Assembly (NCBI RefSeq): GCF_046156345.1
Contig: NZ_JAYLVN010000015.1
Location: 87,170-111,169, forward strand
Length of the DNA stretch: 24,000 nucleotides
Source of the DNA: Variovorax sp. H27-G14
GTDB taxonomy: Bacteria > Pseudomonadota > Gammaproteobacteria > Burkholderiales > Burkholderiaceae_C
Reading direction: 5' to 3'
Positions 8,751 through 16,901 of the stretch are shown piece by piece (positions within the stretch are counted from its first letter, which is position 1; every line of letters begins with the position of its first letter). The position numbers were made by a program, and so were the translations under genes. The notes under the pieces are model-generated. The model saw nothing but the letters and a program-made list of their open reading frames with translations, had not been told where the DNA came from and made no database searches.

Positions 8751-9947
8751 GTGGGTGGCGTGAGTGATATGCACGATGCACGCGATGCGCGTCAGGGCGC
8801 CTGGCGGCGACGTGCGGTTGCGTGGCTGTTGGTTTTCTTGTGCGCGGCGGCCGGCGCGGGGCTGCTGTGGGGGCGCGGCGAGGCCGCGGATGTGGCGTCC
8901 GTGGCGGTCGTGCGAGGCACCATCGAATCCAGCGTCACGGCGCTCGGCGTGCTGCAGCCGCGGCACTACGTGGACGTGGGCGCACAGGTCTCGGGGCAGA
9001 TCCTGCGGTTGCACGTGCAGCCGGGCGACGTCGTCGAACGCGGGCAACTGCTGGTGGAGATCGACCCCAGCGTGCAGCAGGCCACGGTGGACGCGGGCCG
9101 TGCGTCGCTCGCGGGGCTGCGCGCACAGCGCGACGACCAGCGGGCCCAGCACCTGCTGGCGCAGCAGCAGCACCAAAGGCAGCGCCAGATGGCGGCCGAC
9201 GGCGCCACGCGCGACGAGGACGTGCAGGGCGCGCAGGCCACGCTGACATCGGCCGCTGCGCGCGTGCGCCAGTTCGAGGCACAGGTGGTGCAGACCCAGG
9301 CGACGCTGAAGGCCGACGTGGCCCGCCTCGGCTACACGCGCATCTACGCGCCGATGGCCGGCACCGTCGTGTCGGTGGAGGCCCGGGAAGGCCAGACGCT
9401 CAACGCCACCTACCAGACGCCCAACGTGCTGCGCATCGCCGACCTGTCGTCGATGACGGTGTGGTCCGAGGTGTCGGAGGCTGACGTGCGGCGCATCAAG
9501 ACCGGCATGCCGGTCTACTTCACCACGCTCGGCGAAAGCCAGCGCCGCTGGCAGGGCCGCGTGCGGCAACTTCTGCCCGCGCCGCCGGTGCCCGAGAACA
9601 AGTCGAACGGCGACGGCGGCGCCAAGGCCTCCGGCGCGGCGAGCAAGGTGGTGGTCTACACGGCGCTGTTCGACGTCGACAACGCCGACGGCGAACTGAT
9701 GCCGCAGATGACGGCCAAGGTCGCCTTTGTCGAATACGCCGAGAAGGACGTGCTCTTGGTGCCGCTTGCCGCGCTGGTGCCGGTGGCCGGCAGCGGCGAT
9801 CGCTTCATCGCGCGCGTGTTGCGCCCCGACGGCAAGGTCGAGCCGCGGCAGCTGCGCGTTGGCGTGCGCAACCGGCTTTCCGCCCAGGTGCTGGACGGCA
9901 TGCAGCCGGGGGAGCGCATCGTCACCGCCACGGCGGCGAAGCCATGA
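8751..9947 (+). CDS. macA: Periplasmic adaptor (HlyD/MacA family; PvdR-like) of tripartite efflux pump
   Basis: N-terminal TM anchor, lipoyl/hairpin motifs (VSGQILRLHVQPGDVVERGQLLVEID, coiled-coil, YTRIYAPMAGTV). The start is GTG 8751 or ATG 8769. The stop overlaps the macB start (ATGA at 9944-9947). Confidence 0.88.
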   Translation: MGGVSDMHDARDARQGAWRRRAVAWLLVFLCAAAGAGLLWGRGEAADVASVAVVRGTIESSVTALGVLQPRHYVDVGAQVSGQILRLHVQPGDVVERGQLLVEIDPSVQQATVDAGRASLAGLRAQRDDQRAQHLLAQQQHQRQRQMAADGATRDEDVQGAQATLTSAAARVRQFEAQVVQTQATLKADVARLGYTRIYAPMAGTVVSVEAREGQTLNATYQTPNVLRIADLSSMTVWSEVSEADVRRIKTGMPVYFTTLGESQRRWQGRVRQLLPAPPVPENKSNGDGGAKASGAASKVVVYTALFDVDNADGELMPQMTAKVAFVEYAEKDVLLVPLAALVPVAGSGDRFIARVLRPDGKVEPRQLRVGVRNRLSAQVLDGMQPGERIVTATAAKP

Positions 9948-11950
9948 CGCCGGCGGCAAGCGCTGGCGGCGACACGCCCCGGCCCCTGATCGAACTGCAG
10001 GGCATCGGCAAGTCTTACGGCGGCCAAGACGCCTTGGCGGGCGCTCCGGCCACCACGGTGTTGCATGGCATCTCGCTGCGCATTCATGCCGGCGAATTCG
10101 TGGCCATCGTCGGTGCCTCGGGCTCGGGCAAGTCCACGCTGATGCACATTCTGGGTTGCCTCGACCGGCCGAGCGCTGGCCGCTACCTGTTCGACGGGCA
10201 GGACGTGGCCAGCTTCGACGCCGACGCGCTTGCCTGGCTGCGCCGCGAGGCCTTCGGCTTCGTGTTTCAGGGCTACCACCTTGTGCCCAGCGAATCGGCG
10301 CGCGAGAACACCGAGATTCCCGCGCTCTACGCCGGCATGCCCGAAGCCGAACGGCGCGCGCGTGCAACCGCACTGCTCGAGCGGCTGGACATGGGCGCGC
10401 GGCTCGACCATCGCCCGCACCAGCTGTCGGGCGGGCAGCAGCAGCGCGTGGCCATCGCGCGCGCGCTGATGAACGGCGGGCGCATCATCCTGGCCGACGA
10501 GCCCACCGGTGCGCTCGACAGCAAGAGCGGCGCCGAGGTGATGGCGCTGCTGCACGAGCTGGCGGACGCGGGCCACACCATCATCCTCATCACGCACGAC
10601 CGGACGGTGGCCGCGCAGGCGCGCCGCGTCATCGAGATCCGCGACGGGCGCATCGTGGCGGACGCGGGCCACGGCGAGAGCGACGGCATGGCCGCTCCCG
10701 CGCCCGGCGCCGCGCCTGCGCCGGCGGCGCCCTTCAGGCACCCGACCTCGCCCGGCGGCGCGTCGCTGCTCGCCGACATTCACGAAGCCACGAGGGCGGC
10801 CTGGCGCGTCATGTGGAGCAACAGGTTGCGCACCGGCCTCACGCTGCTGGGCATCGTGATCGGCGTCGCCTCGGTCATCGTGATGCTGGCGGTGGGCGGC
10901 GGCTCGCAGCAGAAGGTGATGGCGCAGTTCGAAACCTTCGGCACCCGCACCATGTTCGTTGCCGCGCAGATCGCCAGCCTGCGCAACCCGAGCGCGCCGC
11001 TCACGCTGGAGGACGCGCTGGCCATCGGCACGCTGGCGAACGTGGAGGGCGTCGCGCCCTACATCGAGGACAAGGTGGTGGTGCGCCGCGGCAACGTCGA
11101 CCATCTCACGGAGGGCGGGGGCGCCACTGTCGATTTCTCGCGCGTGCTCGGCTGGGCCGTGAGCCAGGGCGTGATGTTCGACGCCGAGGACGAACGGCGC
11201 GTCGCCAAGGTGGCCGTGATCGGCGAGACGGTGCGCAAACGCTTGTTCGCCGACGGGCAGAACCCCCTCGGTCAGGACATTCTGGTGGACAAGGTGCCGT
11301 TCCAGGTGGTCGGCGTGCTGGCCTCCAAGGGCGCCACGGACGGCGAGGACCAGGACGACCGGGTGGTGGTGCCGCTGTCTTCGGCGGCCACCCGGGTCTA
11401 CGGTCATGCCAACCCGACGTGGATTGCGGTGCAGGTGCGCGACATCGACAAGGCTCAGGAAACGGCCACCGCCATCGAGGCGCAACTCGAGCGGCAGCAG
11501 GCCGGGCGCAACGTGCTGGTATGGAACCGTGTCGAGGCGTTGCGCGTGCAGACCGAGACCGCCCGTGCCATGACCATGATGCTGGGGCTGATCGCGATCG
11601 TGTCGCTGGTGGTGGGCGGCATCGGCGTGATGAACGTGATGCTGATGACGGTGCGCGAGCGCACGCGCGAGATCGGCATCCGCATGGCCACCGGCGCGCG
11701 GCAGCGAGACATTCAGCGTCAGTTCATGACGGAGGCGGTGCTCGTGACCTCGGTGGGTGGGACGCTCGGCGTTGCCGCGGGGCTGGGCATCGTGGTGGCG
11801 CTGTTGCTGGCGGGCGTGCCGGTGACGTTCTCGCTGCCTGCGAGCATCGGCGCCTTCGGCTGCGCGGTGCTGACGGGCGTGATCTTCGGCTTCATGCCGG
11901 CGCGCAACGCCGCGCGGCTCGACCCGGTCGTGGCGCTGGCGGGGGAGTGA
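9944..11950 (+). CDS. macB: MacB-type ABC transporter, fused ATPase-permease (PvdT-like)
   Basis: N-terminal NBD (GASGSGKST, LSGGQQQRVAIARAL, ILADEPTGALD) followed by an FtsX-like four-TM permease with a large periplasmic domain. 668 aa. Confidence 0.92.
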   Translation: MTPAASAGGDTPRPLIELQGIGKSYGGQDALAGAPATTVLHGISLRIHAGEFVAIVGASGSGKSTLMHILGCLDRPSAGRYLFDGQDVASFDADALAWLRREAFGFVFQGYHLVPSESARENTEIPALYAGMPEAERRARATALLERLDMGARLDHRPHQLSGGQQQRVAIARALMNGGRIILADEPTGALDSKSGAEVMALLHELADAGHTIILITHDRTVAAQARRVIEIRDGRIVADAGHGESDGMAAPAPGAAPAPAAPFRHPTSPGGASLLADIHEATRAAWRVMWSNRLRTGLTLLGIVIGVASVIVMLAVGGGSQQKVMAQFETFGTRTMFVAAQIASLRNPSAPLTLEDALAIGTLANVEGVAPYIEDKVVVRRGNVDHLTEGGGATVDFSRVLGWAVSQGVMFDAEDERRVAKVAVIGETVRKRLFADGQNPLGQDILVDKVPFQVVGVLASKGATDGEDQDDRVVVPLSSAATRVYGHANPTWIAVQVRDIDKAQETATAIEAQLERQQAGRNVLVWNRVEALRVQTETARAMTMMLGLIAIVSLVVGGIGVMNVMLMTVRERTREIGIRMATGARQRDIQRQFMTEAVLVTSVGGTLGVAAGLGIVVALLLAGVPVTFSLPASIGAFGCAVLTGVIFGFMPARNAARLDPVVALAGE

Positions 11951-11952
11951 CC

Positions 11953-13434
11953 ATGTTGCGCACACCGTTTGTATTTCGCACTGCCTGGGTGTTGTCGTGC
12001 GCGGCATGGGTGAGCGGCTGTGCGTTGCAGGGCGACCGCGCAGATCGCGCGGTGGCGCTGCCTGCTGCGTGGCAAGCCGCACCGCCCGCACCGCCCGCAC
12101 CGCCCGCACCGCCCGCACCGCCTACACCGCCTGCACCAGCCGCGGCGGGCCCGGTCGATGCAGATTGGTGGCGCAGCTTCGGCAGCACCGAACTCGACGC
12201 GCTGGTTGCGCTCGCGCAGGCGCAAAGCAACGATCTGGCCGCCGCCGCGGCGCGCGTGGCGCAGGCCGACGCGCTGGCCCGCATCGCCGGTGCGGCATTG
12301 CGCCCGCAGCTCACGGCCACGCTGGACGCTGCCCGCGAAGGGCGATTGGGCGGGCAAGCGGCGGTCGATGGCAGCACCTACGCCGCCGGCTTCAGCGCCC
12401 GCTACGAACTTGACCTGTGGGGCCGCGACGCCGCATCGCGCGACCAGGCGCTGCAAGACGTGCGTGCAAGCGCCTTCGAGCGCGACACAGTGCGGCTGGG
12501 CGTGACGGCCAGCGTTGCATCGGCGTGGCTGCTGGGGCAGGCACTGCGCGAGCGCGCCGGCATTGCGCAGCGCAATCTCGACAATGCGCGCCGCGTGCTG
12601 GCGCTGGTCGAATCGCGCAGCCGTGCCGGCGCGGTGTCGCCGCTGGACCTGGCACAGCAACGCGGGCTGGTGGCCGCTCAACAGCGCAGCGTTGCGGCGC
12701 TGCTGCAGCAGGCACGCGATGCGCAAGCCGCGCTCGCGGTGCTGCTGGGAGCCACATCGCCGGTGGCCGCAGGGCCGGGCCTTGCACTCGATTTGCTGCA
12801 GGTGCCGTCCATTGATGCCGGCGCGCCGTCGGCGCTGCTGCTGCGTCGCCCTGACATCGCCCGCGCCGAGGCGCAGCTGGCCGCTGCCGACGCCAATGTG
12901 CTGGCCGCGCGCGCCGCGTTGCTGCCCACCGTGTCGTTGAGCGCGTCGGTGGGCACGGGGCAGGGCCGCTTCGGCAGGCTGTTCGACAACCCGCTCTACA
13001 GCCTGGCCGCGGGCTTGGCCGCGCCGATCTTCGATGGTGGCCGGCTGGCCGGCGGTCGTGAGCTTGCGCAGGCCCGGCGAGAGGAACTGCTGGCCGCCTA
13101 CCGCGGTGTCATCGTCGCGGCGCTTGCCGATGCGCAGACTGCGCTGAACGCGGTGTCGGGCACCGACGCACAGGCCGGCGCACAGGCCGTCGAGCTGGCC
13201 GAAGCGCGGCGCGCGGCCGTGCTGTCGGAGTCGCGCTACCGCGCGGGCGCCGAGACACTGCTGAGCTTGCTGGACGCGCAGCGCACGCTCTACGTGGCGC
13301 AGGACCTGTCGGTGCAGTTGCGCATGGCGCGCCTGCAGGCGCGGGTTGCGCTGTACCGCGCGCTGGGTGGCGGCTGGCAGGCGGACCTGCGTGCGGGTGC
13401 GCCTTCTGCGGTGAAGGCGGCAACGCCCGGCTGA
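11953..13434 (+). CDS. NodT/OprM-family outer-membrane efflux lipoprotein (OpmQ-like)
   Basis: Lipobox WVSGC, Pro-rich linker, and two TolC-like repeats (WW..F....L..L...A...N.DL, SRYRAGAETLLSLLDAQRTLY, LYRALGGGW). It starts 2 nt after the macB stop. Confidence 0.9.
   Translation: MLRTPFVFRTAWVLSCAAWVSGCALQGDRADRAVALPAAWQAAPPAPPAPPAPPAPPTPPAPAAAGPVDADWWRSFGSTELDALVALAQAQSNDLAAAAARVAQADALARIAGAALRPQLTATLDAAREGRLGGQAAVDGSTYAAGFSARYELDLWGRDAASRDQALQDVRASAFERDTVRLGVTASVASAWLLGQALRERAGIAQRNLDNARRVLALVESRSRAGAVSPLDLAQQRGLVAAQQRSVAALLQQARDAQAALAVLLGATSPVAAGPGLALDLLQVPSIDAGAPSALLLRRPDIARAEAQLAAADANVLAARAALLPTVSLSASVGTGQGRFGRLFDNPLYSLAAGLAAPIFDGGRLAGGRELAQARREELLAAYRGVIVAALADAQTALNAVSGTDAQAGAQAVELAEARRAAVLSESRYRAGAETLLSLLDAQRTLYVAQDLSVQLRMARLQARVALYRALGGGWQADLRAGAPSAVKAATPG
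12079..12141. repeat. In-frame 9-bp tandem repeat (gcaccgccc) in the OMP lipoprotein linker
   Basis: Four perfect units (12079-12114) plus three degenerate ones. It encodes APPAPPAPPAPPAPPTPPAPA just after the lipobox. Confidence 0.92.
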
Positions 13435-13443
13435 ACATTCGCG

Positions 13444-13785
13444 GTGCTGGTTCGTCTCTTTCATGACAGGCCGGTGTCACGCGTGCAGATGCGCGGCGCG
13501 CCCGGCAACCATCCAACCGAACCCTACAGCCCTGGAGCAGCAGCCGTGGCCCCGCAAAACCATTCGGAGGCGCCGTCCGCGGACGAGACCGCATGGCGTC
13601 TCTACATGGACCTCAGAGAGAACCCCTGCCGCACGAGCGCGCTGAAGCTGACGCACTGGCTGCGTGAAGGCCACGCACACCCGAAGGCGTTAGAGCGTGC
13701 ACTTCGGCTCTGGGCGCTCGCGGGTGCGGCGCTGGTCGTCTCGCGCCGCAGAGACCTGCATCCGCCCACGGGCGGCATCGAATGA
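13444..13785 (+). CDS. Small soluble protein with a single FecR-N-terminal-like (DUF4880-type) sigma-binding domain, copy A
   Basis: Motif AWRLYMDL...LKLTHWLREGHAHPKALERALRLW, with W-x17-W spacing and His at +7 as in FecR N-domains. No TM helix. The start is uncertain (GTG 13444 or ATG 13489). Third positions are mostly GC. Confidence 0.6.
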   Translation: MLVRLFHDRPVSRVQMRGAPGNHPTEPYSPGAAAVAPQNHSEAPSADETAWRLYMDLRENPCRTSALKLTHWLREGHAHPKALERALRLWALAGAALVVSRRRDLHPPTGGIE

Positions 13786-14090
13786 CGCGCGGCGAGCTGG
13801 CCATTCGCGCCGATGTGCTCGATGTGCCCGATGAATGCATTCGCGCCGCGGCGTCGCTCTTCGCCAGCGTGCATGCGGCGCCGACGTTGCAGAACGCCGA
13901 ACGGCTGGTGCATTGGCTTGGCCAGCACCCGCTGCACGCGCGGGCGCTGGACATCGCGCTCACGCAGTGGGGGCTGGCGCAGTCGGGGCATTCCGCCACC
14001 TTCGGCATCACCGCCACCGCCAACTCCAGCAACGACTCCGGCGTCACCGCTTGCCTTGACGCCTGTGTCCCTTCCGCGAATGGCGGCTGA
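13782..14090 (+). CDS. Small soluble protein with a single FecR-N-terminal-like (DUF4880-type) domain, copy B
   Basis: ATGA overlap with copy A (13782-13785). Motif AASLFASV...AERLVHWLGQHPLHARALDIALTQW with the same W-x17-W spacing and His at +7. No TM helix. High GC3. Confidence 0.62.
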   Translation: MTRGELAIRADVLDVPDECIRAAASLFASVHAAPTLQNAERLVHWLGQHPLHARALDIALTQWGLAQSGHSATFGITATANSSNDSGVTACLDACVPSANGG

Positions 14091-14113
14091 CGCGCGCAGG
14101 CCCGGCGTGCGCT

Positions 14114-15193
14114 TCAGCGCATCCGCAGGGCCACGCTGCCGTCGCCGCGCTGCTCGCTCGCAAGCGGCAGGATCGTCGGAAGCACGGCCACCAGGCCGTC
14201 GGAATCGTTGGTGCGAAAACGCCCCGAGAGTCGCATGGCGTCGATGCGCGTGTTGGTCGTGACGATGGGCTGCGCGCGGTAGCTGTTGATGGCGGCAAGC
14301 GCGTCGCCCAGCGGCGTGTTCTCGAACACCAGCCAACCGCTGCGCCACGCGGACAGCGCGGCCGTGTCGGTCTGGCGCACGGTGCTGGCGTGGCCGTCGC
14401 CGTCGATCTCGAGCAGGTCGCCCTTGCGCAGGTCGATCACGTCGCCCTGCATGCTGCCCTGCGTGCCGCCGGGCCCGCGGCGCGGCGCCAGACGCACCCG
14501 CACATGGCCGTGTTCCACGCCCACGGTCACAGGGCCGCCGCGGTCGCGCACGGTGAAAGCGGTGCCGACCACCTCGATGGTGGCGCTGCGCGTGTGCACC
14601 TCGAACGGGCGGTCGCTGTCTGGAGACACCTCGAAGCGCACCTCGCCGCGTGCCATGTCGACGAAGCGGCGCTGGCGATACAGCGTGACGTCGATGGCGC
14701 TCTGCGGTGCCAGGTCGAGCTGGCTGCCTGCATGCCCGCTCCCCTCGCGCCCATCCACCAGTGTCACCTTCAGCATCTGCGCGGTGCGCGTCTGGTAGGC
14801 CGAGCGAAACACCGGCTGCTGCCAATACCACTGCACGCCGCGTCCCGCCACCAACCCGGCGCCCAGCAGGCCCGCCACGCTGAACAGCATCTTGCGGCGC
14901 TGCTGCTGCCGCTGGCTGGACGATGCGGTCGCGGAGGCCGCGGCCGCCGCGTTGGCCATCAGCGGGCCTGCGGGTTCGTCGAAGTGCGCGCGCAGGTCGT
15001 GCGCCATGCCGCCCAGGGCGCTCCAGCGTTGGCGTGCTTCCTGCACGGCCGCTGCATGTTCGTTCGACTTGACGCGCCACTGGTTGAGCGCCGTGCGGGC
15101 CGGGTCCGCGGCATCGCCGGGTGCCATTTCGCCTTCGAGGATCAGCGCCAGGGCGCGTTCGACCAGTCGTTCGCGCGGTGCGCCCATTGCCAT
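14114..15193 (-). CDS. fecR: FecR-family transmembrane anti-sigma factor / sigma regulator
   Basis: N-domain (LNQWRVKSNEHAAAVQEARQRW), one TM helix (MLFSVAGLLGAGLVAG), a periplasmic FecR domain (VVGTAFTVRD...VGVEHGHVRV) and a C-terminal VFENTPLGDALAAINSY...RLSGRF. ATG at 15193 lies 8 nt after the sigma stop. Confidence 0.9.
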   Translation of the reverse strand: MAMGAPRERLVERALALILEGEMAPGDAADPARTALNQWRVKSNEHAAAVQEARQRWSALGGMAHDLRAHFDEPAGPLMANAAAAASATASSSQRQQQRRKMLFSVAGLLGAGLVAGRGVQWYWQQPVFRSAYQTRTAQMLKVTLVDGREGSGHAGSQLDLAPQSAIDVTLYRQRRFVDMARGEVRFEVSPDSDRPFEVHTRSATIEVVGTAFTVRDRGGPVTVGVEHGHVRVRLAPRRGPGGTQGSMQGDVIDLRKGDLLEIDGDGHASTVRQTDTAALSAWRSGWLVFENTPLGDALAAINSYRAQPIVTTNTRIDAMRLSGRFRTNDSDGLVAVLPTILPLASEQRGDGSVALRMR

Positions 15194-15201
15194 CCCGCCG
15201 C

Positions 15202-15831
15202 TCACGAAAAATCTTCCGCCAGCGCCGCGTCGAAGCCCTGGCGGTTCGCCAGCACCTGCGGCTCGATCAGTTCGGCGCGCAGTTGCGCGAACACGCGCGA
15301 GCAGTCGATGGTGGCGCGCAGCATGTGCTTGGCCACAGCCATTTCGGTGATGTTCAGGCGCTGCGCGATTTCGGCGCGCGTGTGGCCGTAGGCACGAAAG
15401 AGCAGGAACACTTCGCGCCGGCGCGGCGGGAGCTTTTCCATGGTCTCCACCACGCGTGCGAGCACGCGCTGCTGGGCAACCACGTATTCGCTGGACTGGG
15501 CCGTCTGGTGCATGCCGACGTCGGCGTGCGCGCCGGCCCACTCCTGCGCCACCTTTCGGTGGCGAGCGTCGTCGATGCACAGGTTGCGTGCCACGCGAAA
15601 GAGCAGGGCGCGGGGCGACTCGATGGCTTCATGCACGCCGGGCGTGCCTGGCATGCCTGGCATGCCTGGCGTGGCGGACGGGCCGCCACGCGACTTCAGC
15701 GCCGCCGAATACACCCGCTCGAAGCTGGACTGCGCGATGTCGGCCGCGTAATGCGGGTCTCTCAGGTCGCGGGTGAGCTGTCGGCGCAGGTCCGCATAGT
15801 GAGCTACCAGTTCCTGAACGAGGTCGCGCAT
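15202..15831 (-). CDS. ECF sigma-70 factor, FecI/FpvI/PvdS-like iron-starvation type
   Basis: Region 2 (ADIAQSSFERVY...LLFRVARNLCIDDARHRK) and region 4 HTH (LPPRRREVFLLFRAYGHTRAEIAQRLNITEMAVAKHMLRA). ATG at 15831 follows GAAGG. It is adjacent to fecR. Confidence 0.9.
   Translation of the reverse strand: MRDLVQELVAHYADLRRQLTRDLRDPHYAADIAQSSFERVYSAALKSRGGPSATPGMPGMPGTPGVHEAIESPRALLFRVARNLCIDDARHRKVAQEWAGAHADVGMHQTAQSSEYVVAQQRVLARVVETMEKLPPRRREVFLLFRAYGHTRAEIAQRLNITEMAVAKHMLRATIDCSRVFAQLRAELIEPQVLANRQGFDAALAEDFS
15641..15676. repeat. In-frame 9-bp tandem repeat inside the ECF sigma CDS
   Basis: ggcgtgcct, ggcatgcct, ggcatgcct, ggcgtggcg. It encodes ATPGMPGMPGTPG between sigma regions 2.1 and 2.2. 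Confidence 0.9.
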
Positions 15832-15923
15832 CCGGCCGCCTTCTCGCAAGCATCGACGATGGACCCCAAGACCCTTCTTCCGAGCGCGTTGACGGCTCGG
15901 TGCGGGATGTCTCGGGAGGAGTG

Positions 15924-15969
15924 AATAAGAACTATTCCTATTGAAGTGTATCACTGAATTGTTAGCCAA
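15924..15969 (-). promoter_or_regulatory. Candidate sigma-70 promoter with overlapping Fur-box-like sequence upstream of the ECF sigma gene
   Basis: The minus strand reads TTGGCT (15969-15964)-N18-TTCAAT (15945-15940). ATAGGAATAGTTCTTAT (15941-15925) matches 11/17 of the Fur-box core ATAATGATAATCATTAT. It sits in a local AT-rich island inside a GC-rich genome. Confidence 0.3.
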
Positions 15970-16025
15970 TTGCATGGCTGTGTTGCGTTGGCGACGGCCA
16001 TGTCTCCAGTGAGGTAATAGAAAAA

Positions 16026-16070
16026 CTAACGTTGTTAGATTACGATCGGTTTTCAATCTAACGCCGTCAG
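16026..16070. promoter_or_regulatory. Two copies of a 13-bp pseudo-palindrome CTAACG-NN-GTYAG (putative TetR operator) upstream of the SIP gene
   Basis: CTAACGTTGTTAG (16026-16038) and CTAACGCCGTCAG (16058-16070). The second, with its left flank ATCGGT...AATCTAACGC, recurs at 17545-17573 in front of the tetR gene. Confidence 0.45.
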
Positions 16071-16112
16071 GTTCCTCGGCCTCCACCTCTTCCGCTGTTC
16101 AAAGAGTTGCTC

Positions 16113-16871
16113 ATGTCTTCTTCCAACACCGCCCGCGAAGCACCCCCAAACGTTGCACAGCCAAACGCTGCCGCGCCAGGGCTTGTGGAACGCACGCTCA
16201 CACGCTTGTTCTTGCGCCCGGCGCGCGTCATCTCTGCCACCACGCTGTCGGCGCGCTTCCGGCTCATCGACCTGGAGGGCGTGACCTTCGAGGGCAACCA
16301 ATGGTCGCCCGGCCAGAAGGTGCAGATCAAACTCGACGGCGGCTTCATGACGCGCACCTACACGCCCATGCGCTGGGACGCCGCGCGCGGCGTGACCCGC
16401 ATCGTGGCCTTCGCGCATGGCGAGGGGCCGGGCAGCAACTGGGTGTGCCGCACTGGCCGGGGCGATGCGCTGCAGGTGTTCGGCCCGCGCCGCTCGCTCG
16501 ACCTGGCGCCGCCGCCGGTGACCAGCGTGGTCTTCGGTGACGAGACTTCGTTCGGCCTCGTGGCGTCGCTGGGTCTGCAGGGGAGCGCTCGCGCCGTGTT
16601 CGAAGTGGGCGCCATTGCAGAGTCGCTGCAGGTGTTGCAAGCGCTCGGCATCCAGCCGCTGGCGCTGATGGAGCGCCGCACCGACGACTCGCACCTTGCC
16701 GAGCTGCAGTCGGCGATGCTGACGCCTTCGGACGCCAGCACGCAGTACGTGCTGACCGGCAAGGCGTCGTCCATCCGGCAGATGGGCCGCGCGCTGAAGG
16801 CACAGGGCATCGAGGCGCGGCGCATCAAGGCCAAGGCCTACTGGGCGCCAGGCAAGAGCGGGCTCGACTGA
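16113..16871 (+). CDS. Siderophore-interacting protein (SIP/ViuB family FAD-binding ferric-siderophore reductase)
   Basis: FAD-binding part (GQKVQIKLDGGFMTRTYTPMRWD, R-x-Y-T/S motif) and an NAD(P)H-binding C-half (VVFGDETSFG...YVLTGKASSIRQMGRALK). ATG at 16113 lies 6 nt after AAAGAG. Confidence 0.82.
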   Translation: MSSSNTAREAPPNVAQPNAAAPGLVERTLTRLFLRPARVISATTLSARFRLIDLEGVTFEGNQWSPGQKVQIKLDGGFMTRTYTPMRWDAARGVTRIVAFAHGEGPGSNWVCRTGRGDALQVFGPRRSLDLAPPPVTSVVFGDETSFGLVASLGLQGSARAVFEVGAIAESLQVLQALGIQPLALMERRTDDSHLAELQSAMLTPSDASTQYVLTGKASSIRQMGRALKAQGIEARRIKAKAYWAPGKSGLD

Positions 16872-16901
16872 GCGGGCGCGCCCGCTGCGCTATTTCTTTT
16901 T
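16871..16901 (+). terminator. Rho-independent-type terminator after the SIP gene
   Basis: Perfect GC palindrome AGCGGGCGCGCCCGCT (16871-16886) followed by tatttcttttt. The T-tract overlaps the 3' end of the convergent tetR CDS. Confidence 0.5.
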
